A stretch of 64,000 nt of DNA from positions 4,997 to 68,996 of the forward strand of contig DATACK010000339.1 in assembly GCA_036259115.1 (NCBI GenBank). Reading direction: 5' to 3'. The DNA is from Gammaproteobacteria bacterium (lineage in GTDB: Bacteria; Pseudomonadota; Gammaproteobacteria; JACCYU01). Positions 1-9,437 of the stretch are shown here, one piece after another. Position 1 is the first letter of the stretch. Each line of letters opens with the position of its first letter. A program made the position numbers and the translations under genes. Under the pieces are notes generated by a model. It saw only the letters and a program-made list of their open reading frames with translations. It was not told the DNA's origin and searched no databases.

Positions 1-980
1 GAAAGAACAGGTTTCATGTGGTGGTGGCGCGTAGCACGATGCGACCAGGAAGTATGGCCAGCGTGGTAATCCCCACCTTGGAGGCAGCGTCTGGCAAGAA
101 AGCCGGCAAGGATTTTGGCGTATGTAACAACCCGGAGTTCTTGCGAGAGGGCACGGCGGTTTATGATTTCTATCATCCGCCCAAAACATTAATTGGCGAA
201 ATCGATCGAAACAGCGGTGATCTGCTGGCGCGCCTATACGAAAATCTGGACGCTCCGCTAATACGCACCGATGTGGAAACGGCGGAAATGGTCAAATACA
301 GCGATAACGTCTGGCATGCGCTAAAGGTCGGCTTCGCGAATGAGATCGGCAACATCTGTAAGGCTATAGGTATCGATGGACATAAGGTGATGGAGATCTT
401 TTGCCAGGATAATAAGCTTAATCTGTCATCCTATTATCTAAAGCCAGGCTTTGCCTTCGGGGGTTCTTGTTTGCCTAAGGACGTGCGCGCCCTGGTTTAC
501 AAAGCGCGCAGCCTGGATCTCGAGGCGCCTATCTTGAACGCCATTATTCCGAGCAACCAATGCCAGATCGAGAAGGGCTTAAAGATGATTCTCGAAAAGG
601 GAAATAAGAAGGTGGGATTTCTCGGCTTTAGCTTTAAAGCGGGCACCGACGATTTGCGCGAGAGCCCACTCGTGGAGCTGATCGAGCGCCTTATCGGCAA
701 GGGCTATGATGTGAAAATTTTCGACCGCAACGTCAACATTGCGCGCCTAGTTGGCGCCAACCGTGATTACATTCTTAACCATATTCCCCACATTTCGAAG
801 TTGATGGTCGAGAGCATCGAAGCGGTGCTCACCCATGCCCAGACGGTGGTTGTTGGCAATGCAGACAAGGATTTCGCGGCTGTCCCCGATCGACTACGCG
901 CCGATCAGGTGTTGGTCGACCTGGTTCGTGTTAGCCCGGGCAGAAGCGAGGCAGGAAAGTATGACGGCATCTGCTGGTAG
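1..980 (+). CDS. algD: GDP-mannose 6-dehydrogenase (AlgD-like), 5'-truncated by the window edge. The reading frame is that of the ORF starting at 18.
   Basis: It carries the UDP-glucose/GDP-mannose dehydrogenase motif GFAFGGSCLPKD. The C-terminal half aligns well with Pseudomonas AlgD from memory (KVGFLGFSFKAGTDDLRESP, terminal ...GICW). The in-frame ORF runs to a TAG at 978-980. Confidence 0.75.
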   Translation, partial: KNRFHVVVARSTMRPGSMASVVIPTLEAASGKKAGKDFGVCNNPEFLREGTAVYDFYHPPKTLIGEIDRNSGDLLARLYENLDAPLIRTDVETAEMVKYSDNVWHALKVGFANEIGNICKAIGIDGHKVMEIFCQDNKLNLSSYYLKPGFAFGGSCLPKDVRALVYKARSLDLEAPILNAIIPSNQCQIEKGLKMILEKGNKKVGFLGFSFKAGTDDLRESPLVELIERLIGKGYDVKIFDRNVNIARLVGANRDYILNHIPHISKLMVESIEAVLTHAQTVVVGNADKDFAAVPDRLRADQVLVDLVRVSPGRSEAGKYDGICW

Positions 981-2184
981 GCCACGGCGAGTCCTGATCA
1001 TTGTAGAGAACTTGCCAGTGCCTTTCGATCGAAGAGTGTGGCAGGAGGCCACGACCTTGGCAGACGCGGGTTATGTAGTATCGATCATCTGTCCAACCGG
1101 CAAAGGTTTTGAGGCTAGATATGAGGTCATCGATGGAGTCGAGATTTATCGACATAATCTGCCGGTGGAAGGGAGCGGTGCGCTGGGGTACGCAGTAGAA
1201 TATGCAGCGGCGTTATTCTGGGAATTCGTGCTGGCATGGCGGGTACTAGTACGCAAGGGATTTGACGTTATCCATGCCTGTAACCCACCCGATACTATCT
1301 TCCTGATTGGAGCCTTTTTTAAGCTATTTGGAAAACGGTTTCTGTTCGATCATCACGACATAAACCCTGAGCTTTATGAGGCTAAATTTGGGCGTCGGGA
1401 TATCTTCTACAAACTGATGGTGAGTTTGGAGCGTTGGACGTTTAAATTCGCCGACGTATCAATAGCGACCAATAAATCCTATGAACGTATTGCAATCGAG
1501 CGTGGCCGTATGTCTCCAGAAAAGGTGTTCGTGGTACGCAGTGGCCCTGATCTCACTCGGCTGAAAATCGGGCCACCTGACAATAGCCTTAAGCAAGGCC
1601 GGCAGTTTTTAGTCGGCTATGTTGGCGTGATGGGAAAACAAGAGGGCGTACGTTATCTTTTGCAGGCGGCTCATCATATTGTGCTTGGTCTGGGCCGTAA
1701 GGATGTCCAATTCGGTTTGGTGGGAGGCGGTACTGAACTTGAGGAGATGAAGGCTTATGCAAGCCAGTTGGGCCTGAGTGCCTATGTCACATTCACCGGA
1801 CGGATTCCGGATGCCGATATGTTAGCCATGCTGAATACAGCCGATGTGTGCGTCAATCCAGACGTGGCGAACGAAATGAATGATAAGTCCACGATGAATA
1901 AGATCATGGAGTACATGGCATTAGCGAAACCGATAGTGCAGTTCGATCTCACGGAGGGTCGCTTCTCTGCGCAAGGTGCTTCTTTATACGCGGCTAAAAA
2001 CGACCCGCTGGATTTCGCGCATAAGATTCTCTACTTGCTCGATAATCCAGCGCTACGGGCATCTATGGGTAACGCCGGGCGACAGAGAGTCGAAAACGAG
2101 CTGGCATGGAAATTCGAGATTCCAAAGCTACTCGCGGCCTATGAAACGCTGTTTAGTGGCAAAGCGGTGCCCAAGGTGGCGTAA
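961..2184 (+). CDS. Family 4 (GT4, 'group 1') glycosyltransferase.
   Basis: The translation runs from MTASAGRPRRVLIIVENLPVPFDRR. It has the GT-B fold pattern typical of GT4 and a C-terminal E-x7-E-like region. Its start overlaps the algD-like stop by about 20 nt, consistent with translational coupling. The ORF-track start at 835 would overlap the upstream gene by 146 nt, so I used the internal ATG at 961. Confidence 0.7.
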   Translation: MTASAGRPRRVLIIVENLPVPFDRRVWQEATTLADAGYVVSIICPTGKGFEARYEVIDGVEIYRHNLPVEGSGALGYAVEYAAALFWEFVLAWRVLVRKGFDVIHACNPPDTIFLIGAFFKLFGKRFLFDHHDINPELYEAKFGRRDIFYKLMVSLERWTFKFADVSIATNKSYERIAIERGRMSPEKVFVVRSGPDLTRLKIGPPDNSLKQGRQFLVGYVGVMGKQEGVRYLLQAAHHIVLGLGRKDVQFGLVGGGTELEEMKAYASQLGLSAYVTFTGRIPDADMLAMLNTADVCVNPDVANEMNDKSTMNKIMEYMALAKPIVQFDLTEGRFSAQGASLYAAKNDPLDFAHKILYLLDNPALRASMGNAGRQRVENELAWKFEIPKLLAAYETLFSGKAVPKVA

Positions 2185-2467
2185 CGGGACTTCCGCGGCA
2201 TTTATATACAAGCTTTGAGGGAATGCCGTTCAGTTAATATCCTTATTATGTTTGCTGCACCTGGAGGCTTTGATGGTATGGGCGCATCGCTCTTGAATCT
2301 GAACTCGCCAGCGAATACCAAGGATTATCACTAAAATCAAGCGACTGCCGCAGGTTTGCCTTGAGAGCACAGGCTGCCTTTCTTAATGCGCTGGGGGCCA
2401 GGGCGCGGTACGGTACCTTTGCGATGCGTGGTCTCATAGGCATTCCCCCGAGGTAGGGATCTGGGCA

Positions 2468-4099
2468 ATGAATTACCTGTTTGCGATTGTGACCGCTACG
2501 GCGGTGAGTCTCACGGTGATACCGGTCATGATGCGTCTGGCACCCTGGCTCGGCATGATGGATCAGCCCGATCCACGTAAGGTGCATGCCAGACCGGTGC
2601 CAAGGGTCGGCGGCTGGGGGATAGCTCTAGGTGCGCTCTTACCCATTTTTATTCTGCTGCCGCACACGCCCACGGTGCTGTCCTATGTTTTTGGCGTCGC
2701 CGTATTGCTGATCTTCGGTACCTTGGATGATCGGCAGGAGATGGGGCACTACACCAAGTTCGTAGGTCAATTCCTGGCTGTACTACCTGTGGTCACCTAC
2801 GGTGGCGTATATGTTGCGCACCTGCCACTGCTCGGAATAGAGCTCATTCCCACCGCCATTGGTATTCCCTTTAGCATCTTTGCGCTAATGGGAATGATTA
2901 ACGCGATCAATCACTCCGACGGCCTGGATGGACTTGCCGGTGGCGAGGCGTTCCTGAGTTTGGCTGCGTTCGCGTTTTTGGGCTACCTGGCAGGTAGCGA
3001 TTTGGTCTTGACTATCGCCTTGGCGGCGATGGGCGGCGGGCTTGGCTTCCTGCGCTACAATACCCATCCTGCAATCGTTTTCATGGGGGATGGCGGCAGC
3101 CAATTTCTGGGATTTACGCTCGGATTTTTGGCTATAGAGCTGACCCAGCAGGCCGATAGATCGCTGAGTCCCACCGTAGTCCTGCTGCTATTAGGATTGC
3201 CCATCGCCGATATTCTAATGGTCTTGGCAAAACGTATAAGCCGAGGGATGAACTGGTTTCGTGCTACAAGGAACCACCTACATCATCGGCTATTAGATAT
3301 CGGCTTTGTGCACCAAGAGTCGGTCGTCATCATCTACACCATACAGGCACTGCTGGTCTTTAGCGGCATTGCCCTTCGTTATCAAGATGATTGGTTGTTG
3401 TTCTTTGTATATGTAGCAGCCTGTTCTGTCGTTTTCGTGGCGCTGGGTTATGCCGAGCACACCGGTTGGATGGCGCACCGGAATAATGAAGAGAATCGCC
3501 TCAGTAACACCATCTCGTATCTGAGGCTCAAGCTTTTAGTGGCACTGCCGCGACGCTTCATCGAATTCGCGGTGCCAGCCTACTTACTTATAGCGAGCCT
3601 GTTGATCGCTGATGTTCCTCAAGACTTTGGATTTGCAGCGGCCAGTATATTTCTTTTACTGCTGATCGAGTCATCCTTAAGCGTTACGTCCCGGTCGATC
3701 ATATTACGTGCACTGGTTTATGTCGTTGCTACGTTCGTTATTTACCTCAATCATAACTTCCCGCCCCCGCATATCGCTTGGTTAGATTCGGTACAGTTGG
3801 GCTTTTTCATACTATTAGCACTGGCGATAGCGGCTGCTATAAAGTTTTCCCCCCGCCGCAGGGAATTTGAATTCAGAACGACTGCCATGGACTATCTGAT
3901 GATACTCATCGTATTGAGCAGTTTGATCCTGTCGCAGACGCAGCGTGTTAATGACCAAATCAGCTTATTCGTATTCGAAGTGATAATTCTTCTCTATGCC
4001 TGCGAGCTGCTGATTATAGAAAAGAGAGAGCGCTGGAATCCGCTCACATTGTCATCTCTCGCCACGACTGGGGTTTTGATGGCGCGTGGATTAACCTAA
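2468..4099 (+). CDS. Polyprenyl-phosphate N-acetylhexosamine-1-phosphate transferase (WecA/MraY family, glycosyltransferase family 4) with a roughly 200-aa hydrophobic C-terminal extension.
   Basis: The N-terminal ~340 aa carry MraY/WecA signatures (MNYLFAIVTATAVSLTVIPVMMRLA, DDRQEMG, NAINHSDGLDGLAGG, FMGDGGSQFLGF). At 543 aa total it is much longer than WecA or WbpL at roughly 340-370 aa. The extra part is multi-helix hydrophobic sequence. Confidence 0.8.
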   Translation: MNYLFAIVTATAVSLTVIPVMMRLAPWLGMMDQPDPRKVHARPVPRVGGWGIALGALLPIFILLPHTPTVLSYVFGVAVLLIFGTLDDRQEMGHYTKFVGQFLAVLPVVTYGGVYVAHLPLLGIELIPTAIGIPFSIFALMGMINAINHSDGLDGLAGGEAFLSLAAFAFLGYLAGSDLVLTIALAAMGGGLGFLRYNTHPAIVFMGDGGSQFLGFTLGFLAIELTQQADRSLSPTVVLLLLGLPIADILMVLAKRISRGMNWFRATRNHLHHRLLDIGFVHQESVVIIYTIQALLVFSGIALRYQDDWLLFFVYVAACSVVFVALGYAEHTGWMAHRNNEENRLSNTISYLRLKLLVALPRRFIEFAVPAYLLIASLLIADVPQDFGFAAASIFLLLLIESSLSVTSRSIILRALVYVVATFVIYLNHNFPPPHIAWLDSVQLGFFILLALAIAAAIKFSPRRREFEFRTTAMDYLMILIVLSSLILSQTQRVNDQISLFVFEVIILLYACELLIIEKRERWNPLTLSSLATTGVLMARGLT

Positions 4100-4140
4100 A
4101 ATGAAAAGCTGCGCGCTGTGGAAACTGGAAAATCCGAGGA

Positions 4141-4758
4141 ATGGCCGATAACAAGGTCAAAAAAAGCCCTAACACTGTTTGGCATCATGCCACTGTTACC
4201 CGAGCCAGGCGGCAACAGCAGAACGGCCATAAATCCGTAATACTCTGGTTTACGGGCTTATCTGGGGCGGGCAAATCGACGGTTGCTCACGCCGTTGAGG
4301 AGGCGCTGCACCGGCGGGGTTGCCATACGTTTGTATTCGACGGCGATAACGTCCGTCATGGCCTGTGTTCAGACCTGAGCTTCTCTGAGGAGGCACGCAA
4401 GGAAAATATCCGCCGAGTGGGAGAAATGGCCAAGCTCTTCGTCGAGGCCGGCATCATCTCACTTACGGCTTTTATCTCACCATATCGATCGGACCGCCAG
4501 AAAGTCCGGGAACTGGTAGGTCCCGGCGATTTCATCGAGATCTACTGCCGCTGCTCTTTGGAGATCTGCGAGCGCCGTGACGTAAAAGGACTTTATAAGC
4601 GCGCGCGTCACGGGGAGATCAAGGAGTTTACCGGCATATCGTCTCCTTATGAGGAACCTGTGAATCCAGAACTGGTAATCGACACAGGAGAAACCGCGCT
4701 GGAGACGTGTGTCGATCAGGTCGTAGAATATTTGGATCGCAACGGTTATCTAAATTAA
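4141..4758 (+). CDS. cysC: Adenylyl-sulfate (APS) kinase.
   Basis: P-loop GLSGAGKST in the characteristic APS-kinase context ([23 protein letters not shown]). The 205-aa length is typical. It stands alone, with no cysD or cysN in the window. Confidence 0.9.
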   Translation: MADNKVKKSPNTVWHHATVTRARRQQQNGHKSVILWFTGLSGAGKSTVAHAVEEALHRRGCHTFVFDGDNVRHGLCSDLSFSEEARKENIRRVGEMAKLFVEAGIISLTAFISPYRSDRQKVRELVGPGDFIEIYCRCSLEICERRDVKGLYKRARHGEIKEFTGISSPYEEPVNPELVIDTGETALETCVDQVVEYLDRNGYLN

Positions 4759-4964
4759 CTTGCTCGCAAGCGCGACGCCGGTGTTATTCTTGCTTCATCG
4801 CGGGGGATCCAGGCGTTAGATGCTATGCGGGACGCCGCTCAGGGGGTTACGCTACTTAGCACCCGCCGGTATAGTATAATCTATGTATTCTGCCTTACCT
4901 TCAGGAGCACAATCCCGTAGTGGCAGATTGACTTTCAACCGCCTTTTGAGTATTGAACAGAGTA

Positions 4965-5699
4965 ATGCCAAAGCCTCTTCTTGCAACCAAGCAAACGCAA
5001 GCAAGCAACGCAATGCCCAGCGAAAATGCCATCTCTAAGCGCCAGAACACAAAAGGCGTGGTGCGGGCTTGGCTTTATGATCGCATACTGACGGGATTGA
5101 CTTCGGGTTGGTATCGGGAAGTATTAACGCGCTTACCAGCAGGTGCCTCGTTGCTCGACGTGGGAATAGGCACAGGTAGCGCCATTGCTCACAACGCTAG
5201 ATTAATACGTGCTAAGAATATTCATATTTTGGGATTGGATATCGATCGGGACTACTTAAGCCGCTGTGAGAAGGTGCTGTCTCGAAATGACCTGTTGAAT
5301 CACGTAACGCCATGTCTTACGTCTGTCTACGATCACTGCGGCGGACCTTATGACGCCGTTTATTTCAGCGCCAGCTTTATGTTATTGCCGGATCCGGTAG
5401 GCGCGATCAAGCATGTCTCATCGCAATTGGCACCTGGTGGTTGGATATTTTTCACGCAGACGTTTCATCATGAGAAATCGCTATTGATCGAGAAGGTCAA
5501 ACCGATGCTGCATTACTTTACGACCATTCATTTTGGCCGTGTCACCTATGAAGATGACTTTCGCGAGATATTAAGTGAATCGGGCCTGGAACTACTAGAA
5601 TTCTTTACAATGGCGAGCACGCGGCATACTTCCTACCGGCTAGCAGTAGCGCGTCCTTATACGGGCGCCGAATCCAAGGCCATGGCAGCAGGCGCTTGA
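4965..5699 (+). CDS. Class I SAM-dependent methyltransferase.
   Basis: SAM-binding motif I LDVGIGTGS followed by a Rossmann-like pattern. The ORF-track start at 4953 is TTG; the first ATG is at 4965, so the start is uncertain. A perfect TATAAT sits upstream at about 4877-4882. Confidence 0.6.
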   Translation: MPKPLLATKQTQASNAMPSENAISKRQNTKGVVRAWLYDRILTGLTSGWYREVLTRLPAGASLLDVGIGTGSAIAHNARLIRAKNIHILGLDIDRDYLSRCEKVLSRNDLLNHVTPCLTSVYDHCGGPYDAVYFSASFMLLPDPVGAIKHVSSQLAPGGWIFFTQTFHHEKSLLIEKVKPMLHYFTTIHFGRVTYEDDFREILSESGLELLEFFTMASTRHTSYRLAVARPYTGAESKAMAAGA

Positions 5700-5823
5700 A
5701 TCGCTCGCCTGACGTGTCACTGCCTCCATTATTTCAACGTTCCATAGCTCATTTTTCTGCAAACCGCGGTGACGGTCTACTTTGCAAGTAGGTCAGTGGC
5801 TTGCTTGATTTAGGGCCGCTTGC

Positions 5824-6789
5824 TCACGCACGTCGGTCTGTCTTATTCTGGTCCAACCACGTTTCCAATCCCTGTGCATTTAGCTCAAGATCTGGCTTGA
5901 ATAACTCAACCGACTCGTCAGCACCGAGCGGACACCCAGTCTGCGCGAGTTCATGCAGCAGCATATCAGTCATATCGCGCATTATTCTTTCATGTCGGTC
6001 GTCGGCGCGCGCAGCATTGCGCGCGATCTCGATAAGCCCATCTATACGTCGGTGCAGGTCGCGCGCTAATTGCGCTACGTCCGTTACCATCCCGTAGTGC
6101 GTCAAGAACATGCGCTCGGGTGCATAGCTTAGCAGACGGCCAAGCGAAGCATGCCATGCGTCTGGGTCAAACTGTACCGGTGTGGTAGTCGGGAAGATAA
6201 ACGCACCCGCTGCGGTATCGAACTCTCGGTAGGAGAGTCCAAAGATGTCTCCGGTGAAGAAGCCTTTGTTGACCTCATCATATATGCTGTAGTGATGCCG
6301 AGCGTGGCCGGGGGTGTCCACGAACAGCAGCGGTCGGCCATTCAGATCTAGCACAAGGCCATCGTTGGCTACAGTTACGCGGGCTTCCGGAACCGCTACG
6401 AGTTCACCGAAGTTCTCGTGGAATGTAGTGTCGCCGTAAACGGCTTTCGCTCCGGTAATCAGCTTGCTTGGATTGATCATATGCGGTGCGCCGCGAGGAT
6501 GTACCACCAGCTTGGCGTTTGGCAATTGGCGCATAAGTGTGCCCGCGCCGCCGGCGTGGTCGAGATGCACGTGCGTGGGCATTACATAAGCCACACTTTC
6601 GGGCGTAATGCCCCTAATCCTCAGTAGCTTAAGCAACCGTGCCGCCGTATATGATGTGCCCGTATCAACGAAGGCTGCGCGATCGCCCTGTTCGATCAAA
6701 TAACACGCGGCGTGCTGCGGCCGAAGATAACCGGTGTCGATACAGGTGATGCCATTCGGCAACTCACGGTAGAATGATGAGGTGCGCAT
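5824..6789 (-). CDS. MBL-fold metallo-hydrolase.
   Basis: Metallo-beta-lactamase signature HVHLDHAGG (HxHxDH) with downstream His and Asp ligands, in a roughly 320-aa protein. Confidence 0.75.
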   Translation of the reverse strand: MRTSSFYRELPNGITCIDTGYLRPQHAACYLIEQGDRAAFVDTGTSYTAARLLKLLRIRGITPESVAYVMPTHVHLDHAGGAGTLMRQLPNAKLVVHPRGAPHMINPSKLITGAKAVYGDTTFHENFGELVAVPEARVTVANDGLVLDLNGRPLLFVDTPGHARHHYSIYDEVNKGFFTGDIFGLSYREFDTAAGAFIFPTTTPVQFDPDAWHASLGRLLSYAPERMFLTHYGMVTDVAQLARDLHRRIDGLIEIARNAARADDRHERIMRDMTDMLLHELAQTGCPLGADESVELFKPDLELNAQGLETWLDQNKTDRRA

Positions 6790-6893
6790 ACATATCCTCC
6801 CTGTACTTCAGCCGCTCAGCTGGTGCGTTAGATTCGCGCGAACGGGCATTAATCTGTAAGAAACGTCTGAATTGGATTAAGCAACTTATATGT

Positions 6894-7394
6894 TCAGTCC
6901 AGCAGGGGTTTCGAGGAGATGACAATGCCATCCCTGTCGGCGTACAGGTACTCTCCCGGCAAAAATGTTACATCTGCGAAACGCACTGTGACATCACGCT
7001 GACCGGTACCTTCTTTGATACTCTTGCGGGGATGACTTGCAAGCGCTCTGATTCCGATGCGGGTCTTGGCCAGTGCCTCGGAGTCCCGCACGCAACCATG
7101 TACGATGATACCAGCCCATCCGTTTCTCTCTGCCAATGCTGCTAGCTGATCGCCGATTAGGGCGCAACGCAGCGAACCGTAACCATCCACAACGAGAACC
7201 CGGCCGTCACCGGCCGTCTTCAGCGCGTCACGGACGAGGCTATTGTCCTCTAAGCACTGAACAGTGCTTATTTCCCCTTGAAAGGCTGTAAGTGCTCCAA
7301 AGTTCGCCAGTAGCGGTAGAGCCACTTGCAAGTTCGCGCTGTGCGCGTCGCAAAGGTCGGCTGTCTTGAATTCCGGTGGGACAATCGGCTTCAT
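6894..7394 (-). CDS. rraA: RraA-family protein (RNase E inhibitor RraA, or 4-hydroxy-4-methyl-2-oxoglutarate aldolase-like).
   Basis: 166 aa. Translation MKPIVPPEFKTADLCDAHS...GDGRVLVVDG matches the RraA/MenG family from memory. Confidence 0.75.
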   Translation of the reverse strand: MKPIVPPEFKTADLCDAHSANLQVALPLLANFGALTAFQGEISTVQCLEDNSLVRDALKTAGDGRVLVVDGYGSLRCALIGDQLAALAERNGWAGIIVHGCVRDSEALAKTRIGIRALASHPRKSIKEGTGQRDVTVRFADVTFLPGEYLYADRDGIVISSKPLLD

Positions 7395-7836
7395 TAGGCT
7401 GACTTGCAGTTAATTATTAGCTCGAACGTCATGCACGTCTGTCGGTCCTGGCGCTGATATCAGGCTTTTATATTTGGGGAGGCTTGCGCTGTCACTAACC
7501 CTTAGTGAGTCACGGGTGCGGTTAGGAAATGCCCATATTTCAAGGCAAAGAGAAAAGTCCACAAGGGCTGGAGTCATGAGGATTAAAGGAGGTGTGGGCT
7601 TTTTTGGCTGCTGTCCACCTTGATTGATGTTATTTATGCTGTTGCCTGGACATTGTCTAGCGAGGCCCCCAGCGCGGGCGCACTGATCTCAGCTAATGCC
7701 GCTACGGTATTTAACCGACAGTGCCATATTCTTCGTTGCAACACAGCATGTATAAAATGCCCTTATCAGCGGTGGTCTTATGTACGTAATGAACCACCAG
7801 GCGCTACTACACTGCCTACGACGAGGGGGTACACAA

Positions 7837-8586
7837 CTAGCTCATGTACATGCCCCCGTTTACGGGCAAGTTGATACCGGTTATATAGCCCGATTCGTCG
7901 GCGCTTAGAAATGCCACCGCATGGGCAATCTCCGATGGATGCGCCATGCGTCCTATGGGTATACCAGCAACAATAGTGTTACGAATGTCCTCAGGCACCG
8001 CCTGGGTCATGCGTGTTTCCACATAGCCGGGCGAAATCGTATTCACGGTCACTCCCTTGCTAGCGACCTCCTGGGCTAACGCCATCGAAAAACCATGTAC
8101 TCCGGCCTTCGCCGCGGAATAGTTGGTTTGCCCAAACATGCCCTTCTGCCCATTCACTGAAGATATGTTAATGATGCGGCCGAACCTCTGTTCTATCATG
8201 CCTTCTACAACATGACGCGTTACATTAAACACACTATCTAAGTTTGTTGTAAGCACTGCGTTCCATTGCTCCGGGTCCATCTTGCGCAACGTTTTGTCTC
8301 GCGTGATGCCTGCACAATTAACCAAAATATCAATGTGGCCAAACCTCTCCCGTACACTGCGCACCATAGCTCCGCTGGACTCAAATGACGTCACGTCCCC
8401 AGCCACAATCGCGATATCCAAGCCTTCGTCTCGACGCGCCTGCTGCCACTGTTTGGCAATCGCTTCTTCACTCGGCAGATAGCCAGCGACGACCTGGCGG
8501 CCGCTTGGCGCCAAACGTCTACAAATTTCGGTACCGATTCCGCCGATTCCACCCGTAACTAACGCGACCTTCTGTTCATTATTCAT
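7837..8586 (-). CDS. Acetoacetyl-CoA reductase-like short-chain dehydrogenase (PhaB paralog).
   Basis: SDR cofactor motif ALVTGGIGGIG and catalytic YSAAK. Global similarity to the PhaB encoded 1 kb downstream on the same strand. The internal ATG (MNNEQK) was chosen because it is preceded by AGGAG; the ORF-track start at 8679 is less likely. Confidence 0.75.
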   Translation of the reverse strand: MNNEQKVALVTGGIGGIGTEICRRLAPSGRQVVAGYLPSEEAIAKQWQQARRDEGLDIAIVAGDVTSFESSGAMVRSVRERFGHIDILVNCAGITRDKTLRKMDPEQWNAVLTTNLDSVFNVTRHVVEGMIEQRFGRIINISSVNGQKGMFGQTNYSAAKAGVHGFSMALAQEVASKGVTVNTISPGYVETRMTQAVPEDIRNTIVAGIPIGRMAHPSEIAHAVAFLSADESGYITGINLPVNGGMYMS

Positions 8587-8848
8587 ATTGATAATACTCC
8601 TAGCACCGATAATACTCCTGGCGCCGCATCCTGGGATTTGGATAGTCGGCTGTCCGCGTACGAGATATAAATGCTGCAAAGCAAAATATTATACGCATCA
8701 ATGTATGTCAAGTTGCGCATGGACTTAGTGCCAACCCTAATGGTGATTTAGAGAAGTGAGAAGCACCATCAATCAATAAATTGCGCGGCAGAAACAGTCG
8801 CGCCGCAGGGAGATGCGCTTGGGCCCAGTGCGGCCACCCAGGCGCCTG

Positions 8849-9352
8849 TTAGGAATTATCGCCCGGCTTTTTGTCGTTGTCGGACGGCAGCTTGATGCCA
8901 GCCACCTTTAAGAAATTCCTTTGCATGTCGCGCCAGATCTCCAGGTTGCGCTGGGTCAGATCCGCCATGAGCTCGAACGGCGTATTGCCGCTAATCATGT
9001 TGCGCATCTGCCTTTGTAGGCGCGTTTGCTGCTCCACGAATAGTTCCAGGGTCTTCTCCAGGTAAGTAGAGAATATGCCCTGCACCGAGCCGCCGTAGAA
9101 GCGGATCATCTTAGATAGAATGTCGGCAGTGAATAGCGGTTGTCCCTCCGACTCCTGTTCCAAAATGATCTGCAGTAGGGTAGTACGCGTGATATCATCG
9201 TTAGAGTTCGCGTCAATAACCCGGAACTCCAGGCCTTGTATGACTAGTTCACGAACATCGGCCATGGTGATATAACGGCTCACCTCTGTATCATATAGGC
9301 GCCTGTTTGGATATTTCTTGATGATGCGTATCTGTTGCGCTTTGTTGGTCAT
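8849..9352 (-). CDS. phaR: Polyhydroxyalkanoate synthesis repressor PhaR.
   Basis: The N-terminus IKKYPNRRLYDTEVSRYITMADVRELV is the conserved PhaR DNA-binding signature. The position inside the pha cluster supports the call. Confidence 0.85.
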   Translation of the reverse strand: MTNKAQQIRIIKKYPNRRLYDTEVSRYITMADVRELVIQGLEFRVIDANSNDDITRTTLLQIILEQESEGQPLFTADILSKMIRFYGGSVQGIFSTYLEKTLELFVEQQTRLQRQMRNMISGNTPFELMADLTQRNLEIWRDMQRNFLKVAGIKLPSDNDKKPGDNS

Positions 9353-9437
9353 ACCAGCCTTTTATGATGCCGCCGTAAGCCGGCGATGTGGCCGGGCATA
9401 CGGCGGCCATGCGAGGATTTCTGTAGTTTAGCCTAAT

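Noticed and set aside
7395-7836. Possible small gene or terminator in the 440-bp rraA-phaB spacer. The candidates were AGGAGG at about 7588, the hairpin gTCACTAAcccTTAGTGA at 7489-7513, and an 84-aa ORF at 7620-7874.
   Set aside because: The AGGAGG is not followed by a sustained ORF. The 84-aa ORF overlaps the phaB-like 3' end and is Cys/Thr-rich low-complexity sequence. The hairpin lacks a U-tract. Nothing supports a feature call.
8588-8623. CRISPR-like or minisatellite repeats. Other short tandem repeats occur at 42366-42394.
   Set aside because: Only two copies each, 11-16 nt, with no spacer/repeat periodicity and no cas genes. They are simple local duplications.
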